Positions 35,189-46,994 of a stretch of 64,000 nucleotides of DNA are shown piece by piece; position 1 is the stretch's first letter; each line of letters begins with the position of its first letter. Under the pieces are notes generated by a model. It was not told the DNA's origin, made no database searches, and saw only the letters and a program-made list of their open reading frames with translations. Both the position numbers and the translations under genes were made by a program. Source of the DNA: Strigamia acuminata (lineage: Eukaryota); assembly GCA_949358305.1 (NCBI GenBank), contig OX442314.1:930001-994000 (forward strand). The letters are read 5' to 3'.

Positions 35189-37453
35189 CTAAATATTCTG
35201 TTGCGCGATGTTGGGTCGACGGGCGGACGGCACGAGACGTCGGACCGAGATCCGTTTGCGGCTCAAGTGCGGGTGCCGAACGAGCTTGAATGTGTCCTTG
35301 CTGAAGACGTAGCTGAGTGCGGATGCGACGGTCGTGGCGGCGGTCAGGTACCAGAGCGCGTGCAGACACGGGTGGTCAGTCAAGTCGACGACGGACGCGC
35401 CGAGCGTCAGGGCCACCAGCGACAGCTGGATGGACGTGTTCACCTGTGAGCGTAAAGTTAAATCGGGGATTGGTAGTTTGTGAGGGTAACGAGGTTAACG
35501 CACTTTGCTCAGGGTCGTCGGTGTCAAGTTTGCGGTCGCAAAAGTCACGTCAAAGTATCGGGACATGGTTTTCTGAAAATTAGAAATAAACAACACTTTT
35601 ATTTATGAGTTGGTGTAAAAATTGCAAAAATTGCAAAAATTGCAAAAATTGCAAAATTACGAGCAAAAAATTGCAGAATTACAGTATGTATTGAAAAATG
35701 CATTTTTAAGTAATGAAGTTTGTAATTCAACTTTAGCATGAATTTCAAAATTTTGTGCAGAAATGCATTTTTCGGACTAAAAAATTAATAATTATCTATA
35801 AAAAATTGCAGTTTTAAGTGCAAAAACTACAATAGTAGGAAAAATGCAGTTTTAGGACCAAAAAATTCAGTTTTAGACCAACAAATTTAGTTTTAGGACC
35901 AACAAATTCAGTTTAAGAACCAAAAAATTCAGTTTTAAGACCAAAAAAATCCGATTTTTATGTAAAAGTGCTTTTTTATGATAAAAATTGCAATTTTCTA
36001 CGCAAAAATGCATTTTAAGATAAAAATTGCGATTTTTTACGCAAATATGCATTTTAAGATAAAAATTGCGATTTTTTACGCAAAAATGCATATATAAAAG
36101 TGCTTTTTTATGATAAAAATTGCAATTTTCTACGCAAAAATGAGTTTTTAAGATAAAAATTGCAATTTTTCATGAAAAAATGCATTTTTAAGATAAAAAT
36201 TGCAATTTTTCATGAAAAAATGCATTTTTAAGATAAAAATTGCGATTATCTACGCAAAAATGAATTTTTAAGATAAAAATTGCGATTTTCTATGCAAAAA
36301 TGCATTTTTAAGATGAAAATTGCGATTTTCCACGCAAAAATGCATTTTTAAGATAAAAAGTTGCGATTTTCCACGCAAAAATGCATTTTTAAGATAAAAA
36401 GTTGCGATTTTCTTATCAAAAATGCATTTTTCGGCTCATTTATGGATAAGTACTTTTTCGATCCATAAATGGTTGTTCCAGTCGAAAAACTACATTTCAA
36501 AGCTTACAATTTTTTAATACCGGTAGTTTCTTTAATTTTTAATTGTTAAATTTTAATGGTGTAAATTTACCGGAAATGGCAAAGACATGTATCGAATATA
36601 AATTCCCGCGCACATCAAACACACATCTCGACTGATGATGAGAGCAGTTAGTGGGACTGAAATAAACAAATCTATTATTTGCAACATCTTGCAACGTGTC
36701 ATTACATCTTAAATATAAAATACGTGGAATTAGATCAGCCGCTGTCAGAGTCACGAAAAGCGTCGACACCAACAACTTGTCGGCCATCGGGTCCAGGAAC
36801 GAACCCAACATGGATCTCTGACTCGGAAACTGCCTTGCAATCATACCGTCCAACTAAAATTTAAAAAACAAAAATATTTCAAACAAATTTTACAATTTTA
36901 AAGCGCAAAAAACGAATACCAAGTCGGTGAGACCCGCGAAAACAAAAATACCCAAAGCGCACGAATAATTGTGTTGCAGCACCAAATATCCCAAAACGGG
37001 CGACAAAACTATCCGAGTCACGCACAAAAGGTTGGGAATAGTCACCACATCTTCTCTCTACAAAGAAAATGTTCAAAATTAATGAAAAATTGATCAAAAT
37101 GGCGCCACGTTTCGGTTTACTCGCGCCGTCGTCAGCCATTTGTTTCTGTTTTCAAGCGCGTTGTCGCTCGATCTCGGCTCCGGCGAATCAAAGACGGTCA
37201 AAGCGTTAGCTAGGCTTTTTGGTTTGCTGTGGCCACTCAGGCTGGGTCGAATGACAGTGGCCAAGCGCGACGAGTCTTTCCTGTTGCACGAATGTCCAAC
37301 TTTACTTCGAGAGTTCGCGAGGACATTTCGCTCGTTTCTTCCATGGTACGACGAAACCCGAGCTATCTCCGTCAATTCTTTGAACAGAAACTTTCGGTAG
37401 TCTCTGAAAACAGTGTTTGATCCGAATCGCAAGCTGTTGACGAACAGTGCCAT
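35189..37453 (-). CDS. CRLS1: Cardiolipin synthase (CDP-alcohol phosphatidyltransferase family)
   Basis: Spliced exons give [66 protein letters not shown]. Confidence 0.93.
35840..36432. repeat. ~40 bp (2x20) intronic minisatellite
   Basis: TGCAATTTTCTACGCAAAAATGCATTTTTAAGATAAAAAT-like units in a CRLS1 intron. Confidence 0.88.
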
Positions 37454-37985
37454 CGTTTTTACATTTCTACCACGTTCGCTTCTCGAGATACGACGCCATT
37501 AAAGGCCAATTCGAGTCTACGGAAGAGTATCGGTGACATATCGCACTTTTATTTTTACTTGATAAAATATTTCTGATAATTTTTATCGTTTAATTTTATT
37601 CGATTTAATCTTTTTAAATAATAAATATTTAAAAAAAAATATTAAACAGATTTATTTTATCAAACCGTATTTAATCAAATATCTCTTATAGTCTTCCGTA
37701 TATTTCAACGACGCTTGATGATGAAATCCGTCACGAGATGTCTCTCCCGCATCGTTTCTTCCCGTTCCTTGGTCACTGAAGCGAATCGACTATGTTTATT
37801 ATCAATATACATTTAAAAACCGCTAATTGTGCCGTACAAATCGATTTTTCTTCTTCCTAAATGTCGGATCGGTGAGATATATCGAACGAACAATGCGTTT
37901 AAAATAGAAAAAAAAAACCGCTACTAAAATTCTAATTTTTCCAATTTTTTCCAGGTGCGAAATGCCGTCGTGAACTCGCGCGAAA

Positions 37986-39686
37986 ATGCCGAATTTCAGC
38001 TGCGATTCGTGCAAATCGCCGCATAATAACAAACGAAAATGTGAAAAAGTGCAGCACCTGCACCCGCGAACTAAAAGACGTTCGACGGACCCCAATGAGT
38101 GCCAGCAACCGCCGCAAACGGCGCACGAATTCCTCAAAAAACTCGTGCACGAACAGAAACTCAACGCCCCGACGTTGTTTAACGACGCGAATCGACACGA
38201 AACACGCACGAATCACACCGAGAACGACACGAACGGAAAACTAAGTTTTTATTTGGGTAAAAATCGAGTAAAATCGTAAAAAAATCTCCGATTTTCGATC
38301 ATTTTAATCATTTTTCGCATTTCTTCGCGCGACAGACGGTCGATTCGTGCTGGAATTGGTGCACCAGACCGGCGGAACGAGTAATCCGAACGGCGGTTGG
38401 ATCCAGAGCAAAGGAACGACGTGGACGCCGCAAAATCCGTCAAACGTCGGCGTCAAACACGAAGCGACGGAAGCCGAGAGTGGCCACGTCAAGTGGCGAG
38501 AAACGAAAACGACGAATGCATCCAGCGTCGCTCTTTTCACGTTCCATATCAACAGACGTCGCGATTTTCGATGTTTGCCGCGTCTAAACGCATATCACGT
38601 GCGACGAGCGGCTCGCCACCCGTTCGGCGTCGATTTGTTTGTGTTTTGCAAGTCGGGTAAATGTCTTTGATGCTTTTAACGTAACAAAAAGTAACGATTT
38701 TGTTGCAGAAAAGTGCAGAATGCCGCGACCAAAAGCCACGACGAAACGGACTAGAAGCTTAAACGATTTGTTTGTGAGTGTTAAAAGTGTGAAACGATGG
38801 TTCGACGAGCCGGAAGAGCCGGAACGAGCGGCTTCCGTCAAAGTGAAGTGCGAAAAGGAGGTTTTAACGAACAAACCGCTGCCGGAATGGTACCTCGATC
38901 CGAGCAAGGCGCAAATTCCAGTGAGCGAAATGATCGGTTACCCACGCCCGTATTTGCCCGCTACGAACGTGAATTGTAAAAAGAAAAAAAAATTGAAATT
39001 TTTGGGTAATTTTGGTGAAATTTAATAAATTTTGTCGTTCTAGGCGGCGAAAGAGACGCGAATTGTTTGGCGGAACCTTTGGATTTGCGTACAAACACGT
39101 CGAAACGCGACGAGTGGACGAAACGAGAGCCAAACGCGTTTTATTTGGGTCTAATTCCGTTTCCTTTACACGGCGAATACTCGGCGCCATCTTCGGTGCC
39201 AACATGGCCGTGCGTGAATTGTCCCGTCGTCGCATACGCGCCGACTGTCGTCAATAGTTACTACTACTGTTGTTGCTACTTACCCGGATGTCGTTCGAAT
39301 TGTCTCTGCAAAAGAGGTAGCGATTTAGTTACGAATTTGATCCAAAATCGATTAAAACTTTGTTTGTTCGAACAGAAAAACAATCAACAAGTAGATCGAT
39401 TGAAATTCCAAAGGAATGCGACTGCGCAACCGGTGATTTAATTAAAAATTGGAAAAAAAAATAATAATATCGATTTTTTTTTATTAAAAAAAAATTTCAG
39501 ATTTAACGAAAACGTGCAATACGAAACCCGAGCAACAAAACGCCGGTATTGACCGTCTTTAGCGTTTAATTTGAATTAATTCGGTGATTCCGTACAGGTT
39601 GTTCGCAATCTTCGCATTCAATGCTGAAAGATCTGCTGCTGATGCCTTCCCCCGACAAGGAATGCGCAGAAACGAGCCCGAAATAA
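37986..39686 (+). CDS. S-CAP/Hairless-like Su(H) co-repressor adaptor (~440 aa)
   Basis: Exons 37986-38256, 38336-38656, 38709-38975, 39044-39316, 39376-39432, 39501-39545 and 39598-39686 splice to an open frame of 1323 nt. The first junction gives GKLSFYL|DGRFVLEL...GGWI, matching the Hairless Su(H)-binding domain (GGRLQFFKDGKFILEL...GW). Internal CtBP-type motif PLDLR. Lies directly upstream of MTA. Confidence 0.8.
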
Positions 39687-40359
39687 CTTGATCTGAGTCG
39701 ATCGCCGTTGCTTCCATTTGATTTGAAATTTGTTCGCATTTGTTGAAAGTGTCCTTATCGTAACTGCAAAACTATTTATTCGTTACTAGTCACATGTTTT
39801 GTCGTGCCTTCGAGTCCAAGTGCCATAATATAAGGCACGAAAATATAATATAAATATATAAAAACATAATAAAACTGTTGTTAGTAAAATAAAAACACAA
39901 AAAAAGGGTTATATTTCATATTTGTTACGTTGTGCGCATGTGTGTGCCTGAAAAAGTGTTGAAAACACGAATTCGGTTGATAAACTGTTGATTGTAACGT
40001 ATTGTAGCGTGTTATTCGATTAAAAATGGAAAAAAAATTGATTTAAAATAATGAAACTCGTATTTATTGCCATTTTTGTTGTTCGAACCGATTTGAATCG
40101 AATCGAATCGAATCGAATCGCGCCGCACTCGGCAGCGGCGTCGTTTCTTTTGTTGATTCGCTCCCGCCGAAGAATACCGAAGGACGGATGACGTCATTTG
40201 TGAAAAGAGGAGGAAGACAGGAGTCGGGAGAAAATGGCGACGTGTCTCCTGATGCGATGAGACGCTCAGCCTCGATACTGGATTCCACCACTGCGGCCAC
40301 GGATTCTACGTCGTGCTGAGAGGTTTATGAACAAGTACAAGAAGCCTTAGGACCAAAGA

Positions 40360-43300
40360 ATGGCGGCCAACATGTACAGAGTGGGAGGTAGGTGTCACGC
40401 TGCAACACGTTTGTTCGGCTCGGCGCGGCTTTGTAGCCGACTCGCTCGGCCACTGTTCGCCTCTTTTCGCGAAAGCGCTTTAGCCGGCTATCGGCCGCGC
40501 TGTGCGCTTGCACGCGGCCCGATCGACGACGAGCGGCACCGGCCGCCGCCTAGATCGAGCGGCGAAAAGTTGCTCGCGTCGGCGGCGTGTTGTTGGCCTT
40601 TGTTTAGACGAACGGACAAGCGAGCGAGTCGTGCTGGGTGGAGTGGGGAGTGGGGCGGGCTGTAGAGACACAGCGACCTCAGATAGGCTTAATTTGCTAA
40701 CTAGGCCTAAATCAAAACACCTTAATTCGCTTTAATTGTGACGGAAAATCGCGCCGTTTGGCTTTTCGGGCGCGAATTTGGGCGCAAAACGAACGTCACG
40801 CTCGCTCGGCTTCGATAATTTGGCTATTTTTTTTCGTTTTCCGCCCGTTTTTAATTGCTAACAAAAGAATTATTTGAATTTTTTTTTCTTTCTTTTTTCG
40901 TCGTCGTTAAATTTTTCCATTTTTATTTCTCTAGATTATGTCTATTTTGAGACTTCATCCACATCTCCGTTTCAAATTCGACGAATTGAAGAGCTTAACA
41001 AGGTGAGTTGATGGCGGAAAATGTGATTTTTTTTTTTGTTTTATTTTTTTACTATTTGGTCGGTGGGGGAGGGAGTCGTTAAGATGACCACGTCAGTGGC
41101 CGACATGATTATGCAGTGCATTTAATGAGGACCCGACGGCGCCCTCACGCAACTAAATACTAAACTTCACACTCTTTTAATTTTTATTTATTTTTTAATT
41201 GTTTTTCATGTTTTTTTAAAAATTATTTATTTATTTTTGTCGTTTTTAGACCCCCAATGGCAACGTGGAAGCTAAAGTGATGTGTTTTTACCGACGACGA
41301 GACATTTCGGGCTCTCTTATTCTGCTGGCTGACAAGCATCAAAGTAAAATTGGAAATATTGAGTTTTATGTGCAAAATTACATTTTTTGATAGAAAATTA
41401 CATTTTTTTAACAGAAAATTGAATTTTTTTGTGCAAAATTATATTTTTTAATAGAAAATTACATTAATTTTGTGCAAAATTACATTTTTTAATAGAAAGT
41501 TACATTTTTTAATAGAAAATTACATTATTTTTGTGCAAAATTACATTTTTTGATCGAAAATTACATTTTTTGATCGAAAATTACATTATTTTCGTGCAAA
41601 ATTACATTTTTTGACCGAAAATTACATTTTTTTGTGCAAAATTGCATTTTTTAATAGAAAATTACATTATTTTTGTGCAAAATTACATTTTTTTAAACAG
41701 AAAATCGAATTTTTTTTGTGCAAAATTACAATTTTTGACAGAAAATCGATTTTTTTTTGGTGGAAAATTAATTATTTTGGGTATTATTTTGAAGGTGCCT
41801 TAGAAGATGATCACGATGGCGAACAACAGGATTCTTTGGCGGATAAACAGCGTCACCAGTTGAAGCATCGAGAGCTTTTTCTGTCTCGTCAAGTGGAAAC
41901 GTTACCCGCAACACACATTAGAGGCAAATGTACAGTGACTCTTCTCAACGAAACTGAATCCTTGCTCAGCTATTTAAATAAAGATGTAAAATTGGTTTAA
42001 AAATTTAAAAATTTAAAAAAGTAATGGATTAATTGGATTTTTGCTTTTTTTCAGGACACATTTTTTTATTCGTTGGTCTACGATCCCCAACAAAAGACAT
42101 TGCTGGCTGATAAAGGAGAAATCCGTGTCGGTTCGCGGTACCAGGCCGAATCAATTCCCTTAGTCAAAGATGGTGTGTTTTATAATTTAAAAATTAATAT
42201 TAAAATTAATTGAATATTTTTTTTTTCAGCGGGTGAAGCGGACGATCGAAAATTGAGCGATTTAGAAACGTTAATATGGACGCCGTATCATTCGCTAACC
42301 GATCGGCAAATCGATCAATTTTTAGTGATTGCGAGGTATTGATCGGAATTTGTCGTTTTGTAAAAGTGTTTTTGACGATTTTTGGTGTTTTAGATCCGTC
42401 GGTACGTTCGCTCGTGCCTTGGATTGTTCGAGTTCGGTGAAACAGCCGAGTTTGCACATGAGTGCGGCTGCCGCGTCCAGGGATGTCACTTTGGTGATTT
42501 GAATGTTAAATTTAATTTAAATTTTTTATTTTATTATTATTATTATTTATAGTTTCATGCGATGGATACGATACACAGACACAACTACGACGTTGCCGAA
42601 GCGATCTCCAGCCTGGTTCCTTCGACCGGTCCGGTGTTGTGTCGGGACGAGATGGAGGAATGGTCGGCGTCGGAGGCGAATTTGTTCGAAGAGGCGCTCG
42701 AGAAGTACGGCAAAGATTTCAACGACATCCGGCAAGATTTTGTAAGAAAAGAAATAGGGAAAAAATGGAAATGGAATGAGGGAATATTTTGTATTTATCA
42801 CAGCTACCGTGGAAGTCGTTAAAGAATGTAATCGAGTATTATTACATGTGGAAAACGACCGACCGATACGTTCAGCAGAAACGAGTGAAAGCGGTCGAAG
42901 CGGAAAGTAAATTAAAACAAGTGTACATTCCTAACTAGTAAGTTTAAAAAAATTATGAGAAATGTTTGATTTTGTTAACGTTTTTCTTGTTTTCAGCAAC
43001 AAACCGAACCCGGCCGCGATCAGCAACAACAAGCCGGGTCTGATGAACGGCTCGAACACGAGCGATCCGCAAGCCGTGAGCGGCAAACCCTGCGAGAGTT
43101 GCTACAGTGAGTGATGAAACAGAGTTTTTTAAAAATTAATAATAATAATAATTTTTTTATGTATAGTTTTTCAATCGAATCAATGGTACGCGTGGGGCCC
43201 CCTGCAAATGCAGTGTCGACTGTGCAGCTATTGCTGGTCCTACTGGAAGAAGTACGGAGGCCTGAAGCAGCCAACCAGACTAGGTAATGTCGCGCACACG

Positions 43301-45785
43301 TTTGTTTTAAGCTTATTAGAATAGAAAAAGAAAGAAACGGGTAAAAAGGAATAAAAGACACAAACACGCACATTTTCACATACACAACACACGAAACAGT
43401 GACACAAAGATGTGATGAGTCCCGCCAATCTAAACTAATATGTAATGGCATTGAGTCATCACTTTTCTTGAATCCAGATGAGCAATGGTGGAATCGTGAT
43501 AATGAAGGCCTGCGGGTTATTTTTGATTCTGCAGAGAGACTAGCTGCCCACATGGCCTCTCATCGACCCCACAGGTGTACGATCAGTGGTTGTGGCAAGG
43601 TAAAGAATATTCTATTCATTAATTAATTACAATTAATTGAAATGAAAAGAAAAGAAAAGAAAGTTGTCGTTTAGACGAATGAGAAAGGGACATGACACAA
43701 GTCCGTCCCCAAACATGGTATATGACGTTATTTTATCGGTTTTGGTCTGTTTTAATTGATTTTGATGAGTTTTAATTGATTTGGGTCAGCTTTAATCGGT
43801 TTTGCTGGTTTTTTTGCTTTTTGTTTGTCCGAAATAACGTCTTGGAGCCGAATTTTGATACTAGATAACGCGCAAAACCAACGGACGGTTCTGTGTACAG
43901 CCCTTTGTCATTCGTCTAAGGTTTAAGGAGGGGGAGACGTTTTTGAATGATTTGGAAATAATTGAAATAATGTTGGTTTCGATTAGGAATTCAAATTGAA
44001 AGCGCACCTGGCACGCCACTGCGCCACGGCGCACGGACTGGCCATCAGAGCGGGCAGTCCGCGGCCCATCATGAAGACGCGGGCGGCCTTCTACTTATGC
44101 ACGAGTCCAGGGACGCGCGTCGCACGGCGTTTGTGTCGGGAGTTGCTGAGGCCCCGCCATGCTGCTCGAAACCCCTTCCAGCCGGTCAACCACGTGGCAA
44201 TCAAACAAGAATGTAAGCTTTGGATAGTGGAAAATAATCATTAATTAATCAATTAAGTAATATTTATTATTATTATTATAATATCATAATTTTTAATTAA
44301 TTAATTTTATTTCCCTTTTTTCTATTTCTATTTTTTCGTTTTTATATATTTAAGAAATTCAGAAACAAAACAAAAGTTAAAATTTCAAATAATTCTAATT
44401 AATTTAATCCATGTGTTCATTCTTGTTTGTCGAGGCAGGGCCCATTTTGTGTTTGTTTTTCGTTTTGTTTTATTCAATTATCATTTTTTGCTTTACTTTA
44501 ATCGAATTAATTAATTTGTTTTGTACATTGTAGTCGTCTCGAACACGGTTTAATTGAATCGATGCGTACTCATGTAACTAATCTCTTAGCAATAAAAATC
44601 TGCACCAACTAATCTGGAATATTATTCATTTCACATGAAATCAATCATTTGGAAATTATTTTCTTTAATTTTTGCCCACTAAACACGAGTTACTCAACAT
44701 TTGCTCATTTGGTTTGAATTCATTCTCTATTTTACTATTTTACTATTTTTAGTTTTACTTTTAGTTTTCAATTTGTTCTCAATTTCTCTTGTGATTTTCG
44801 TTGCAGGTAGCACTAGGGTGCAGGGAAGGAGCACGGACGACCTCAAAGTATATCTGAAGAACAAGGACAAGCCGAGGACCAAGGTGGTCGAAGTGTCCAA
44901 CCGACTGGGCATGGAAAGCAACTCGACACCCGAGTGGTTGTTGCCGACGGAAAAGTCCAAACTGCCGCAGCCAGATCGGATCGCCTTTCCACCACCACCT
45001 CGCGGCGAAGGTTTGACTGAAAATTCTTAAAATTCAATGCAAACATTTTTAATTTTTATTGTATTTATAGATGGCAGGTATTTGGTGGATCCCATTATTT
45101 ATCGAGAACGAGAATTCGAGAAATCCACTCCCGGAATCAACAATTTGTCGCCCACATTACTCAGGAAACGCGTCTACGAAGAACAAAATGGTGGTGGTTT
45201 AAACCAAATGTTTGTATTTTGCTATTTGTATTTATTTGATTTTTATTGAAGGTCCTGCGGCGAAGCGCCCTTTGCGGCCGGTGCCGGGCGTCATGAAGAC
45301 GAGCACGGACATTTTCACTCCGAATTTGATCGCTCGCAGCAGCGTCATCAATCATTTGAACGGACGAGCTCGTCTGGCGACAGTCAACAAATTAGGTCGG
45401 AAACAAGTGATCAGCTGGGTCGATGCTCCGGATGACGTTTATTTCCAGGCGACCGAGGGAACCAGGTAACTCAAAAACATGAAATAAACCCCGTGGAAAT
45501 AAACCCCGTGGAAATAATCCCGGTGGAAATAATCCCGGTGGAAATAATCCCGGTAGAAATAAACCCCGTGGAAATAAATCCCGGTGGAATTACTACTGCG
45601 TCTAAAGAAGAAGAAACATTTGTTAATTCCTATTTTTTTTCTTTTTTTATTCTTTTTCAAGGAGATTAAGAAAACAGTTAACGTGCACCGAACTAAGAAA
45701 AGCCGCTCGTCGCCCGTGGAGGAAGCTCAACCTCAAGAGCACTTTGGCCTCGGTCGAACCGGAACCGATCGTCATTCTCGATTGA
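40360..45785 (+). CDS. MTA1: Metastasis-associated protein (NuRD subunit; BAH-ELM2-SANT-GATA zinc finger)
   Basis: [77 protein letters not shown]...CRLC, C-terminal EPIVILD*. Single invertebrate MTA-like orthologue. Confidence 0.97.
41360..41770. repeat. ~20-22 bp intronic A/T-tract minisatellite
   Basis: AAAATTACATTTTTT-based units in an MTA intron. Confidence 0.85.
45481..45590. repeat. 15 bp minisatellite (GAAATAAACCCCGTG), about 7 units
   Basis: Lies in the last MTA intron and is the reverse complement of the 47530-48206 unit. Confidence 0.9.
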
Positions 45786-45907
45786 GAATAAAGAGAAGAC
45801 AGAAAAAGAAAAAGAAGAAGAAAATACGCGCAAATGCAATCAGCCAGAACAGAAGAAAAGAGAAGAAGAAGATTAGGAAGAAAACAAAGCAAAACAAGTG
45901 GATCGGG

Positions 45908-45972
45908 GGTGTGTGGTGTGGTGTGGTGTGGTGTGGTGTGTGGTCTGGTGTGGTACGGTCTGGTACGGTGTG
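45908..45972. repeat. (GTGTG)n microsatellite in MTA 3' UTR
   Basis: Directly visible. Confidence 0.85.
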
Positions 45973-46994
45973 CACCGTTAATGCCTCTTTTCTCCAAAAT
46001 ACCTCTGACTCTGACTCTGCCATTGATAAAAGATGAAGGAAGACGAGCTGGTTCGAGTTGAGTGTTGTTCTTTCTCCCTGACAAAAATGACAAACAATTG
46101 AAAGGAAAGATGTGTTGATGGGTTTCTTTCTTTCCCAGTCTTTCTTTCTCAGTGGAATGAACTGATAATAATTAATTTTGTCCTTTAATTTGATTTCTCT
46201 TTTTATTTCACTTCCAAGTTTAAACGAAACAAGCACTAGCAAACTTTGTGGTACCGTAGTTTTCTTTGTCGTCGCGTCTCGGAGGCGTTTTTTGAGCCAT
46301 TTTTCAGCGCTTAACAACAATTTGCCTCGTTCGCCTCTTAACTCGACTCTTCACGTCCGTACATTTTCTCGTTGGTCTCTCCAGTCCAGTTCAGTCTCCC
46401 CCACTTTACTCAACAACAACTACAACAGCAAATGGAACAACGGAATAAACAACAGATTTATTTTAATTTAATTTTAATTTTTAAGTTCGGTTATGTCGAT
46501 GGATGGATCATGTTGCTCATTTCTTTGTTTGTTCATTCGTTACGTCACTCATTTATGCAATAGTTTTCAACTAAATATATTATTATATTATATTGTAATT
46601 AAGTTTGTGGGGAAAAAATTTTAAAATTTTAAAAAAGGAAATTATTTTAACAATTTGTACATAAAAAAAACACATAGAAAAACAGAAAAGAAGGATCCAA
46701 ATGAGTGGTTTTGTCTTCCTATAGTTTGAATGATTTGATTATCGATTGGTTTTGTCTTAAACACACTATCATAGTACACGCTGCTTTCTTTCCAGTTTGA
46801 TGAGCCAAAGTATAAATTGTAAGGAGGAGAGAGGAGGAGCAAAGAGCAGGAATTTTTAGACAATTTTCGATCGACAGGAATTGTGTCTGCAAATATTTAT
46901 TTCTTTCATCCTTAGACTTTGTAAAATGTATTAATAAATATAACGACAACAATTTTCAACTATTTACACATTTCTCGTCTCCTCATTTCCGAAA

